A stretch of DNA of 53,474 bases from a virus (taxonomy: Duplodnaviria > Caudoviricetes), in the IMG/VR virus record IMGVR_UViG_3300045284_000563, positions 1 to 53,474 of that record, one strand, 5' to 3'. The notes below the pieces were generated by a model. The model was given only the letters and a program-made list of their open reading frames with translations, was not told where the DNA came from and made no database searches. Positions 15,428-24,468 of this stretch are shown here, one piece after another. Numbering within the stretch: the stretch's first letter is position 1; each line of letters starts with the position of its first letter. The translations under genes were made by a program, and so were the position numbers.

Positions 15428-18180
15428 TGAACGACGCGGCGCCGGTTCACATCTCGCTCCCTGACTCGCTGCTCACAGTCGAGTCCGTCGAGGCCGCAGT
15501 CGAAGTTTACTGGACCTCCGGGCTTAGACCGATCCTCATCCATGCTCCCACCGAAAACGGCGGATGCACCTGCGGCAAGGTTCACGACGTCACAGCGAGC
15601 GGGTCTTCGTCCACCGGCAAACATCCGATCCAGTCGAATTGGCAAAAGCAGCGGGATATTTCCTTCGATGAATTCAGAAACCAACTCGCTCGCCTGAAGT
15701 TCACTCCGAACATCGGTGTCGTGCTCGGCAAGCAACCAAACAGCAACGAGTACCTCATCGCCGTCGACATCGACGACGCAGAACGATTCGCAAGACTCGA
15801 GGAAGAGCTGGGGGCTCTTCCGGAAACACCGCGTTGCGACTCAGGACGAGGTCATCGACTCTTTTACAGTGCTCCGCCGGAGATCGATACGGACCGCCTC
15901 GGAAACGTCACCGGACTCGGTGGAGAGCCTGGCGTCGACATCAAGGTCGAAGGCGGCCAGGTCGTTGTCGCTCCCAGTCTCCACGCAAACGGTAAACGCT
16001 ACACGTGGACCGTCGTCGGCACCGTCACGCCACTGCCGCCGCAGTGGGCGATGCAGCTACTAAAAAAGCTCGAGGCACCCAAGTCCGTCGAGAAGTACAC
16101 GCCTGCTCAGATCAACAAACCTGGACACATACGAAACCGATTCGAGCGTTACCTCGAAGTAGCTGTCACGAACGAAGCAAGGTCGCTCGCCGCCTGCGGC
16201 CAGGGAATGCGAAACAACACGCTCTTCAAAAGCGCGTGTAACCTTTTCAGGTACTGCGGCGGGATGCATCTCTCCCACAAGTGGCAGTGGGTTCACGACG
16301 AGCTACTCCGCGCAGCCAGATCCGCCGGCCTCCCTGAAAACGAATCCCGCAAAACACTCTCGAGCGCAGAAAGAACAGTACGAGAGAGCGGTGAGGTTCG
16401 AACGCCGATGGTGCTCGCCGACCCGGCCCCGTCGGCGCCCCCCGGCTCCCCCCCGCCGGAGGCTACGCATGATGCGGCGGTCGAGACAGCATCGGCCCCA
16501 CCGAGCGACCCATGGCAACTAGCACCGAGTTCGCAAGGGCGACCGATCATCAAAGTTACCACCGAGCTCCACCTCAACGTCGACGAAGCGATTCGCGCCC
16601 TACAAGCCGACGAGAATCTCTACCAACGCGAGAAGAAGCTCGTGTACGTGACGCGCGTCTCACGCGAGCAAAGTAACGCCTCCGCCATCGTCATGGGAGA
16701 CGACGGAAAAGTTCATCGGCAGCTCGTCGAAGGAAGCCCGCAAATCTGCGAACTCGAAATGCCCACAACGCGCGAGCGCTTGACCGCTGCCGCCATTTTT
16801 CAAAAATGGGTCGAGAAGCGTCAGGAGTACGTGCGAATCCTGCCTACGGACGAAATAGTGAGCGCCGTGCACAAAAGAAAACAGTGGAATGGAATCCGGT
16901 CGATCGTCGGCGTCGTAGAGACTCCGACGATGCGACCCGACGGTATGATCGTGCAGACACATGGGTACGACCCGCTCACCCACTACTTGTACATGCCGAG
17001 TGAGAAGTTCCCTGAGGTCGTCGACAGCAACGCGACCCAGGAGAACGCGCGATGGGCGTTCGAATTTCTGAGTGAAGTGTTCGCGGACTTTCCCTATGTG
17101 AGTCCGGCGCACCGATCCGTTCCGGTTGCCGCTATTCTCACTCTGTTGGCGCGCCCGGCGATCTTGGGATCGATCCCTGCGTTCTTGTTTGACGCATCCA
17201 CTCGCGGTTCCGGAAAGACGCTCCAGACCGACGCTATCGCGACCGTGACGACTGGGCGCGGGGCGCCACGCATGAACTACACGATCGACGAGGTCGAGCT
17301 CGAGAAGATCCTCGCTGGGTACGCGCTTAAGGGTTCGACGTTCATCTGCCTCGACAACGTTCCAGCGATGCGCCCATTCGGTGGTGGTCCCATCGATCGA
17401 GTAATCACCGCTCGAGACGAAGTAGATCTGCGGGTACTCGGCGCAACGAAGGTGCTCACACTCCCTTGGCGAGCGCTTCTCATGGCGACCGGCAACAACA
17501 TGAGCCTCTACGGAGACACTGGTCGCCGAGTTCTCATGGCTAGACTCGAACCTACCGAGGAAAACCCGGAGCACAGAACGAAGTTCAAACACGACGATCT
17601 TCTTGAGTGGGTACGAACCCAGCGCCCCCGTCTCGTGTCGGCTGCGTTGCTTCTTCTTCGCGCGTACGTCCGAGCTGGGTTTCCAAACATGGGTTGCGCC
17701 CGCTGGGGCAGCTTCGAAGAGTGGAGTCGACTCGTTCCGCAAGCGATCGTGTTCGCCGGTGGCGCTGATCCGATGGGTGCTCGTCCCGAGTCGGAGGAAG
17801 AAGTCGACAACGAACTTAGAAGCATTCGGTGCATACTCACGAGGCTTCAACAGATTCTTGGTGAAGAGGACTTTCGAATCAGCTCTGTGATCGAGTTGCT
17901 GTACAAGTGCGAGCGCAAACGCGACGCACAAGGGAACATGCAAGAGGACGGGTTAGAAGACCTGCGAGACGCCATCGAATCGCTCGTGGGGCGTCGTGGG
18001 CTCAAGCAGGACGGTCGGAACACGGCTCCCGACCCGGTCGAGTTTGGAAGGCGCCTGGCGTCCTTCAAAGGGCGCGTCATCGGTGGCCTGAGATTGACCT
18101 CGAAAACTGGAGGGGGAGGGATCATGAGATGGCGCATTGCGTCGACAGCAAATCCGGATATAGTAAATTCAACTACTTAG
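15424..18180 (+). CDS. Bifunctional primase-polymerase with C-terminal P-loop helicase-like domain
   Basis: CTCG...GKHP, NIGV, AVDID, SGRGH, GGQVVVAPSLH..G..Y.W, GMRNNTL, GSGKT, LDN, ATGNN. Confidence 0.9.
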   Translation: MMNDAAPVHISLPDSLLTVESVEAAVEVYWTSGLRPILIHAPTENGGCTCGKVHDVTASGSSSTGKHPIQSNWQKQRDISFDEFRNQLARLKFTPNIGVVLGKQPNSNEYLIAVDIDDAERFARLEEELGALPETPRCDSGRGHRLFYSAPPEIDTDRLGNVTGLGGEPGVDIKVEGGQVVVAPSLHANGKRYTWTVVGTVTPLPPQWAMQLLKKLEAPKSVEKYTPAQINKPGHIRNRFERYLEVAVTNEARSLAACGQGMRNNTLFKSACNLFRYCGGMHLSHKWQWVHDELLRAARSAGLPENESRKTLSSAERTVRESGEVRTPMVLADPAPSAPPGSPPPEATHDAAVETASAPPSDPWQLAPSSQGRPIIKVTTELHLNVDEAIRALQADENLYQREKKLVYVTRVSREQSNASAIVMGDDGKVHRQLVEGSPQICELEMPTTRERLTAAAIFQKWVEKRQEYVRILPTDEIVSAVHKRKQWNGIRSIVGVVETPTMRPDGMIVQTHGYDPLTHYLYMPSEKFPEVVDSNATQENARWAFEFLSEVFADFPYVSPAHRSVPVAAILTLLARPAILGSIPAFLFDASTRGSGKTLQTDAIATVTTGRGAPRMNYTIDEVELEKILAGYALKGSTFICLDNVPAMRPFGGGPIDRVITARDEVDLRVLGATKVLTLPWRALLMATGNNMSLYGDTGRRVLMARLEPTEENPEHRTKFKHDDLLEWVRTQRPRLVSAALLLLRAYVRAGFPNMGCARWGSFEEWSRLVPQAIVFAGGADPMGARPESEEEVDNELRSIRCILTRLQQILGEEDFRISSVIELLYKCERKRDAQGNMQEDGLEDLRDAIESLVGRRGLKQDGRNTAPDPVEFGRRLASFKGRVIGGLRLTSKTGGGGIMRWRIASTANPDIVNSTT

Positions 18181-18200
18181 ACGCAGTTACAGTATTACTT

Positions 18201-18378
18201 TAGTTGGGGTAGATGGGGGTAGTGGGGGTTGCCTATAGCAGTCATTTCACTTTTTGAAACAGATCTCTATTTTCTTCGTCTCATCAAGAACGCCACAGAT
18301 CTCGAGCGTAGTGTCTTGGTGCGTTTTCCAAAACGCCTCCTAGGCAAAACCCAACCCCTCCCCCTCTACCCCCACTTC
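18201..18378. promoter_or_regulatory. Candidate replication origin: G-run/C-run inverted arms around an AT-rich core
   Basis: AGTTGGGGTAGATGGGGGTAGTGGGGGTTGCCTA ... TAGGCAAAACCCAACCCCTCCCCCTCTACCCCCACT, directly after the primase-helicase gene. Confidence 0.5.
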
Positions 18379-18392
18379 AAAAATAGTAAAAA

Positions 18393-19001
18393 ATGACTCA
18401 CTCTCACGACCGAACTCTGCTAGCGAGCCTGAGCTTTGGCGACCCAGACAAGCGAGAACCGCTTCACGATCTCGCCTGTGAGTACCTCGCCGAACCTATA
18501 CAGAGCCAGCGTCTGGTTCGGTTTGCCACCACATTCAAGGGTGATGTTTCCACAGTTTCCAAATCCGAGGTGGTGATCTCAAAGGGTGAAGGACGATACC
18601 GATCAACGATTGGGTTTTTGGATCTGATGATCGAATGGGAAGAGAATGCAACCGTGCCAAAAGACGAACACGGATGGGCGACACGTTCTCTTGCCAGGGG
18701 AATCGTGGTCGTTGAAGTAAAAATCAACCCGATCGGTATCGGGGATCTGCTTCGACAGATTGGTCTGTACCGAGAATATGTGGGGGGAAACCCAACCCCC
18801 TCCGAGAGACTGAGATTTTTGGAGACAGGAGAACAGGTCGGGCAGTTGTCTTGGGTGTTAGCTACTGCTTACGCGCTCGATGCTGGCCAAATGGATACGC
18901 TACGGCAGTCCTGTGTCCACTGCGTTCGTCTTGGTGACGGTTTCACAAAGTGGTTCGAGGAACGTCAAAAACGTCCGGCACCGAAGCTAGAAGAGTTTTG
19001 A
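18393..19001 (+). CDS. PD-(D/E)XK nuclease-like protein
   Basis: GFLDL...VVEVK...LLRQIGLY. Confidence 0.7.
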   Translation: MTHSHDRTLLASLSFGDPDKREPLHDLACEYLAEPIQSQRLVRFATTFKGDVSTVSKSEVVISKGEGRYRSTIGFLDLMIEWEENATVPKDEHGWATRSLARGIVVVEVKINPIGIGDLLRQIGLYREYVGGNPTPSERLRFLETGEQVGQLSWVLATAYALDAGQMDTLRQSCVHCVRLGDGFTKWFEERQKRPAPKLEEF

Positions 19002-19332
19002 GTTCCTCGCACCACCTCGAGACGGTTTGCTCAACCGTCTCGCCCTTCTCCGACCGAAGTACAGCGTGGGGCACGTCCCATTCTTTGCACCACGCCGCCC
19101 ACGCCCTCTGTTCGGGCGACAGCGGCTTCTTCAGTGACTTGAGCTCCACCTCGATGTGACGACCGCCGCGCGTGATGCCGTATAGGTCGCACTGTCCCGG
19201 GATCGCGAACCGCACCACAACGTCTCCGTGCATTCGGGCGGCGCCGACGTTCCTCCGAAAAAGACGCAACGCTGGCAAGCGGGCCGGCGCGGCGAGAAGG
19301 AGCTCGGTTTGAAGTTGGGACTCGAGGCTCAC
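18943..19332 (-). CDS. VRR-NUC-like nuclease / resolvase
   Basis: ESQLQ...FRRNVG...PGQCDL.G...IEVELK....LSPEQRAW. Confidence 0.8.
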   Translation of the reverse strand: MSLESQLQTELLLAAPARLPALRLFRRNVGAARMHGDVVVRFAIPGQCDLYGITRGGRHIEVELKSLKKPLSPEQRAWAAWCKEWDVPHAVLRSEKGETVEQTVSRWCEELKTLLASVPDVFDVPRTTL

Positions 19333-19538
19333 TTCGTTCCCACCCACCCGCACTTCCGACACTGCCCCCTCTTCTTGGGTCCAAGCACGAACTCGATCGC
19401 ACGACCGTAGTCGTCGTCGATGAGCCGGCACCCGCACCCGGGACACGTGTTGCGTATCCTGGTATCGAGCGGGAGCGCCATGAAGTGACGGCGATCCTGG
19501 AGAGCTTCGATCTCAGAAATCGATGTCGTCTTCGTCAT
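19329..19538 (-). CDS. Small Zn-ribbon protein
   Basis: CPGC...CRKC. Confidence 0.55.
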   Translation of the reverse strand: MTKTTSISEIEALQDRRHFMALPLDTRIRNTCPGCGCRLIDDDYGRAIEFVLGPKKRGQCRKCGWVGTK

Positions 19539-21171
19539 TCAAATGATCCATGGGGGAATAACCGACATCGATTTCGGTTTTTGCTTTCTCTCTCGCAGCC
19601 TTGATCGCGTCGATCTTGGCTCGAAGTTTTAGATGCGCCTCGAAGTTCGCTTGCCACTCCGGGTCGCTCGCGAACGACGCCTTTACTTCTTCGCTCCACG
19701 CCCACGGCGGCCACGTTCCGTATCGGCCTTTGTATTTTGCGCTCGCGAATCCGGGCTTGTAGCCTTTCAGTCGAGCCTTCTGCACCATCATGTTGAAGTA
19801 CATGCGGCGCATCTCTTCGGGTGAAGAAGCGAGCTGTCGCAGTTGGTCTTCGCTCTCTCTCGGAAGATCTTCAGACGGATCCGGTGGCGGCGCCTCGAGC
19901 CCGCAGTACGAGCAGAGTCGCTTGTACACCGGCAGGTAGGCGAAGCATCCCTTGCAGATACGAGTAGGCGTCTTCTTTTCAATCGGGCGTCCGCGAGCGT
20001 GAAGCTCCCAGTAGAGATCTTCGTGAGGGAACCCGAGTCGCGGAATGTTGCCGGCGTGATCGAGAAGGAGTGGCGGAACGCTCGGGTGTTCGGTGCAACC
20101 TGGCCGGCAACCCGGGTGCCATGGACGAAAAATGCGGCCCCCCGACTGTCGCCAGAGAACGAGTGACTGTGTCGGTCTCGCGTGCACGACACATTTCGCG
20201 CTGGGGACATCGACACCCTCGAGCAAGATCCCCACGTTGGTAATCGCGTCGAGATCTCCGGTTCCGAGAGCCCGCACAACGCGACGACGCTCGGTCTCTG
20301 TGGTGTTCGCGTCTAAGTGCGCGATGCGAACCCCTGCCTTCCAAAACCTGTCGCAGATGTCTATCGAGTGCTGAATGCTCACCGCGAAAATGAAAGTTCT
20401 GCGACGGGGGCCCTCGACGAGTCCGTTGGCTCCTTTTTCTCTTGGGTACATATGAGCGAGTTTTTCCCAATGCTCGAGGAGTCCACCCACGAGCGACTGG
20501 TCGCGCATCATGTCGCCGAGTACCTCTTCGTCGTAGTCGCCGCCGACGAGTCGAACACCGGAGAGATCGATCTCGGTCGGACCGCTGTAGCAATACGGCG
20601 CCACGATGAATCCGTCTTTGATGAGCGTCTCGTAGGTGCAGACGACCTCCAGGCATTCGAAGAGATCTCCGAGCGGGCGACCGTCGTAGCGCGTTGGGGT
20701 AGCAGTGAACCCAAGAATGATCGACTGCTTGTAGTGTTCGAGAAGTGCGAGGTAGCTGTCACTCACGGCGCGGTGCGCCTCGTCGATGAGTACGATGCCC
20801 GCGGGGGGCTTGTAGCGGCGCGCGAGCGTTTGGATCGACGCGACCTGTACGGTGGCGCTCGGGTTCGTGCGCGCATCGTCGGAACGGATGACGCCGACGT
20901 TCGTAATCCCGACTCTGTGGAGCTCTTCGACGCATTGGTCGATGAGCTCCATACGGTGCGCGACGAAGAGTACCGGAACCGACGAGGTTCGGATGACGCT
21001 CGCGATCATTGTCATCTTTCCACCTCCGGTGGGAGCCACGAGCAGGATGCGGCGCTTGCCGTCGCGTACGCGTTCTCGGAGGGTTTGGATCGCTTTGGAT
21101 TGGTAGGGGCGGAGCTTCGGCGACGGGGCCGAGAAGAGGGGGACGCGATCGAAGAGGGGGAGGGTGGACAT
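19513..21171 (-). CDS. SF2 (DEAH/ResIII-like) helicase with Zn ribbon
   Basis: LRPYQ, APTGGGK, DEAH, TATP, EGVD, QSGGR, CKGC..CSYC. Confidence 0.92.
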   Translation of the reverse strand: MSTLPLFDRVPLFSAPSPKLRPYQSKAIQTLRERVRDGKRRILLVAPTGGGKMTMIASVIRTSSVPVLFVAHRMELIDQCVEELHRVGITNVGVIRSDDARTNPSATVQVASIQTLARRYKPPAGIVLIDEAHRAVSDSYLALLEHYKQSIILGFTATPTRYDGRPLGDLFECLEVVCTYETLIKDGFIVAPYCYSGPTEIDLSGVRLVGGDYDEEVLGDMMRDQSLVGGLLEHWEKLAHMYPREKGANGLVEGPRRRTFIFAVSIQHSIDICDRFWKAGVRIAHLDANTTETERRRVVRALGTGDLDAITNVGILLEGVDVPSAKCVVHARPTQSLVLWRQSGGRIFRPWHPGCRPGCTEHPSVPPLLLDHAGNIPRLGFPHEDLYWELHARGRPIEKKTPTRICKGCFAYLPVYKRLCSYCGLEAPPPDPSEDLPRESEDQLRQLASSPEEMRRMYFNMMVQKARLKGYKPGFASAKYKGRYGTWPPWAWSEEVKASFASDPEWQANFEAHLKLRAKIDAIKAAREKAKTEIDVGYSPMDHLNDEDDIDF

Positions 21172-21172
21172 G

Positions 21173-22480
21173 TTAAACCAGGCAGGTCAGACGCTCAGAG
21201 GCGCGCGTGATTGCAGTGTACGCAAGACGTCTCGTATTCTCGTTCGAGTAATCCTGTCGCCAGTCCACGACGACGACCGCGTGTTTGAACTGGCTTCCCT
21301 GGCTCTTGTGAATCGTCATCGCGTAGCCGAAATCGAAAAGTCGACCCGCGTTTCCCATCGTGTGGACGTCGATCCCAGCCGCCTTCAACTCGTCGACCGA
21401 CGCGAACGGCTTAGCTCGGCGAAACTGATCGCGACAGATTTCGTGCTCCGTCTCTGGTAGACCCTCGTCTGGAAATTCGATCTTCGCGCGCATGAGCCAC
21501 CACTCCTCCTTGTACGGTGAGGTAGCTTCCTCGGTGAGAAGTCCGCGCATCCCGTTGTAGATCGGAGGGTAGTTCCGGAGCGCGATGAGCGGCTCGCCGG
21601 TTTGCGGTGGCTTGCCAGCGAAACCCAGATGCCCTCGAACGGTTCGGTTCACGTGCACCCGAGTGGCGTTGCGCCAGCACAAGACGGCGGCGCCGAGTTT
21701 GTTCTCCGTCAACATCTCGGCAAGCCTTGGATGCGTCATGTCGCGAGTATTGCCGAACCGAAGTTGGTCTCCGTCTGCAAGCTCTCTAGCTAACCGTCCC
21801 TCTTCGCGTAGTACGCGCGAGAGCTGAATGATTGGGCTGCCCTCGGCTTGTCGATGAATCTTCTCAAGGCGCAACATCGGGCGCGTGACGAGTGAGCCTT
21901 CGCTCATCACCGGCGGAAGCTGTCCGTGGTCGCCGACAGCGAGGATCCGAACACCGTGCTGTTGGATGTCCGCGACAATGCGGGCGTCCACCATGCTCGC
22001 CTCGTCCAGCACCACGAGATCGTAGTTCCGATCGAGCTCGATGCGTTTTTCCCAACCGAGGAGCTCCTCGGTCACGCTGTCGATGAACGGTCGATAGAGA
22101 AGTCGATGGATCGTTCCACAGAACGGACGCTCGGCTTCCTCGCTGCCTGACGAGTAAAAAAGATGTCCCCAGTGTCCGTCGAGCTTGCTGTCGTCGTCCG
22201 TGCAGATGCGACTGGTAGTAGAGACTCCGGAGCCGTTTAGCTTGCGACCGAGAACGCTCGAAGCGCGACCGGTGAAGCAGATGTACGCGACGCGCAGATG
22301 GCTCATCTCGTGAGCGAAGAGACCGAGCAGGGAACTCTTCCCAACTCCGGCGTAGCCTCCTACGGTCAGCAACGGACTGTTCGGTGTGCGTACCCAGTCG
22401 AGCATCGACTCGTAGACGCGGCGCTGATCGGGGGAGAGATCGGCGCGCGTGAGGCGGAGGTCGGCAGCGGCGCTGGTCAT
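21173..22480 (-). CDS. Dda/RecD-like SF1B helicase
   Basis: GYAGVGKS, TIHRL, DEASM, GDHGQLPPV, YAMTIHKSQGS, YTAITRA. Confidence 0.92.
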   Translation of the reverse strand: MTSAAADLRLTRADLSPDQRRVYESMLDWVRTPNSPLLTVGGYAGVGKSSLLGLFAHEMSHLRVAYICFTGRASSVLGRKLNGSGVSTTSRICTDDDSKLDGHWGHLFYSSGSEEAERPFCGTIHRLLYRPFIDSVTEELLGWEKRIELDRNYDLVVLDEASMVDARIVADIQQHGVRILAVGDHGQLPPVMSEGSLVTRPMLRLEKIHRQAEGSPIIQLSRVLREEGRLARELADGDQLRFGNTRDMTHPRLAEMLTENKLGAAVLCWRNATRVHVNRTVRGHLGFAGKPPQTGEPLIALRNYPPIYNGMRGLLTEEATSPYKEEWWLMRAKIEFPDEGLPETEHEICRDQFRRAKPFASVDELKAAGIDVHTMGNAGRLFDFGYAMTIHKSQGSQFKHAVVVVDWRQDYSNENTRRLAYTAITRASERLTCLV

Positions 22481-22659
22481 CGTCTCGCAATCTCGTGCAA
22501 TTCTTTTTTCGAAGGTCCCTTCGCTTCGCGCGCCTCCGCAATCACGTGTCCGTGCCCGAGCTCGCGAAGCGCCTCGATGACGTCGTGCCCGGTGAGGTCG
22601 TCCATTTTGAGCGCCATCGTCGCAAGCGTGACTAGCATTTCGTGTTCGGTGATCTTCAT
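22477..22659 (-). CDS. Hypothetical protein
   Basis: Coupled ORF. Confidence 0.55.
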   Translation of the reverse strand: MKITEHEMLVTLATMALKMDDLTGHDVIEALRELGHGHVIAEAREAKGPSKKELHEIARR

Positions 22660-23084
22660 CCGAGCGCCTCGGCGAGCTCACCCATGTTGGTGAGAATGAT
22701 CGCCTCGCGGAACATGAGCTCGGGTTCGGTGTCGTCGAACGCAACCACGTAGCCTTGTTTTCCTTGCCCCATCGCGTAGCCGAATTCGAACGACGCCGAG
22801 CGCCCGCATGGGAGCACGTAGACGATAGCCTCGCACCAGCGGACGTGACCGATGTCTGCCTCGTAGCTCTCGACAGCGCGCGGATGTTCGAGCATCTGTC
22901 GCCAAACATCCGGCGCGACCTTGTCGACGAATGCGGTCGGAGCGCCGACTTGTTTCCAGGTGAACCCGTCGTCGTCTTTCTTCGGGTGCCGAAAGTCGTA
23001 GACGTCATGACCGAACTCTCGAAGCGCGCTCACGATGGTGGGCTGCAACGGATTGCGCCAGGACGATGCAACGTAGATTTTCAT
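22656..23084 (-). CDS. Nucleoside 2-deoxyribosyltransferase-like protein
   Basis: KIYVASSWRN...GHDVYDF...LPCGRSASFEFGYA.G.GK. Confidence 0.75.
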   Translation of the reverse strand: MKIYVASSWRNPLQPTIVSALREFGHDVYDFRHPKKDDDGFTWKQVGAPTAFVDKVAPDVWRQMLEHPRAVESYEADIGHVRWCEAIVYVLPCGRSASFEFGYAMGQGKQGYVVAFDDTEPELMFREAIILTNMGELAEALG

Positions 23085-23254
23085 CGCTTCTTTCCGTTCT
23101 TCTCGGCGGCTTCCGCGAGCATGACGCGCACGATCGCGCTGACACTTGGTTCGACACCGGTTAGTTTTTTTGCCTCCTTCTGTCGCTCTACGATTTTTGC
23201 GTAAAGCGCCCGGTCGACACGTGTCGCGATCTGGACGTCGGTCTCGTTTTCCAT
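23081..23254 (-). CDS. RHH-like regulator (57 aa, not in ORF track)
   Basis: MENETDVQIATRVDRALYAKIVERQKEAKKLTGVEPSVSAIVRVMLAEAAEKNGKKR; paralog of 14935..15135. Confidence 0.75.
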   Translation of the reverse strand: MENETDVQIATRVDRALYAKIVERQKEAKKLTGVEPSVSAIVRVMLAEAAEKNGKKR

Positions 23255-23282
23255 GGATAATATCTAGCAAAACGTTTCAAGC

Positions 23283-23312
23283 TTGACAACTTGCTACGCG
23301 CCCCAGTACACT
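23283..23312 (+). promoter_or_regulatory. Sigma70-like promoter with overlapping palindrome
   Basis: TTGACA-18 nt-TACACT; TAGCAA...TTGCTA inverted arms span the -35 box. Confidence 0.6.
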
Positions 23313-23347
23313 CGGCGCAGAGAGTTTAGAGAGAGAAAGGAGACTGA

Positions 23348-24043
23348 ATGGACGACGCTCCCAACGCGAGCGCGCGGATTCGTTATTGCGCGCTCTTGGA
23401 TACAGAAACGACGGGGTTGAGTCCGGCTACCGATCGAACGATCGAGGTTGCCGTTGCGTTATTCGACCTCAAACACGCCGAAGTCGTGGCGAGTTTCGCT
23501 AGCCTCATCAAAGGCGAAGCGAAGAACGAATCGGAAGAGGCGAACAACATCCCGCCGACGATGCTCCCGGAGGCGCGAGAGCCGGAGCTAGTGTGGCGCG
23601 CGGCGCGTTGGATCATTGAACCGGCGCAAGTGGTCATCGCTCACAACGCCGATTTCGACAAACAGTTCACGCCAGATCTCGGCAAACCCTGGGTGTGCAG
23701 CGAGAACGATATCAAGTGGCCCGGCCGCGCCCGCGGCGGTTCACTCGTTCATCTCGCGCTCTCGCTTGGGCTCGGTGTCGCGCACGCGCACCGGGCAATG
23801 TCCGATGTTGACACGCTTGCGCGAGTTCTGACTCGGCTCGCAGCGCTCGGGCACGAGCTCGAACCGATCATCGTCCATGCGATGCGCCCAAAAGTCATGT
23901 GCCACTCACTCGCGCCGTTCGAACAGAAAGACGTCGTGAAGAACGCCGGTTTCCGATGGGACGGTGATCGAAAAGTTTGGTGGCGAAGAATGCCGCTCGA
24001 GGATACAGAAGCGCTGCCGTTCAAGGTGAGGGTGGTGCAGTGA
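23348..24043 (+). CDS. DEDDh 3'-5' exonuclease (DnaQ-like)
   Basis: LDTETTG, AHNADFD, HRAMSD; C-terminal KDVVKNAGFRWD..K.WW module. Confidence 0.9.
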   Translation: MDDAPNASARIRYCALLDTETTGLSPATDRTIEVAVALFDLKHAEVVASFASLIKGEAKNESEEANNIPPTMLPEAREPELVWRAARWIIEPAQVVIAHNADFDKQFTPDLGKPWVCSENDIKWPGRARGGSLVHLALSLGLGVAHAHRAMSDVDTLARVLTRLAALGHELEPIIVHAMRPKVMCHSLAPFEQKDVVKNAGFRWDGDRKVWWRRMPLEDTEALPFKVRVVQ

Positions 24044-24468
24044 CAAGAAAAGGACGTCCGCTAACGCACGGAATGAGCTACACGAGAACGTACCGATCGT
24101 GGAAGATGATGTGGAGTCGAGTCCGTGGATCGTCGGACGAACGACATACGCGAGATTGGTCGGAACGTGGAATCACGGTATGCGATAGGTGGATCAAGTT
24201 CGAAAATTTTCTCGCGGACATGGGGGAGCGTCCAGAAGGGAAAACACTGGACCGGATCAAAAATGAACTTGGGTATTCATTAGACAATTGCAGGTGGGCG
24301 ACCCCCTCAGAACAACAGCGCAACACTCGACGAACGAAGATGTTGACGCATCGAGGGATTACTCTTTGCCAAAAAGACTGGGCGAAGCGTCTCGGTATGT
24401 CGAGTCCTGGTTTGGGTGCTCGACTGAAGAAAATGACGGTTGAGGAAGCGTTATCGGTGGAAAAGTGA
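24040..24468 (+). CDS. HNH homing endonuclease
   Basis: HGMS.TRTYRSW..M...GITVCDRW..FENFLADMGERP...TLDRI.N..GY..DNCRWAT; lower GC. Confidence 0.85.
   Translation: MTRKGRPLTHGMSYTRTYRSWKMMWSRVRGSSDERHTRDWSERGITVCDRWIKFENFLADMGERPEGKTLDRIKNELGYSLDNCRWATPSEQQRNTRRTKMLTHRGITLCQKDWAKRLGMSSPGLGARLKKMTVEEALSVEK

Noticed and set aside
16660-17943. Long antisense ORFs (427 aa here; also 37743..39191, 27315..28205, 20317..21210)
   Set aside because: Shadow frames of real genes in GC-rich DNA, with no motifs.
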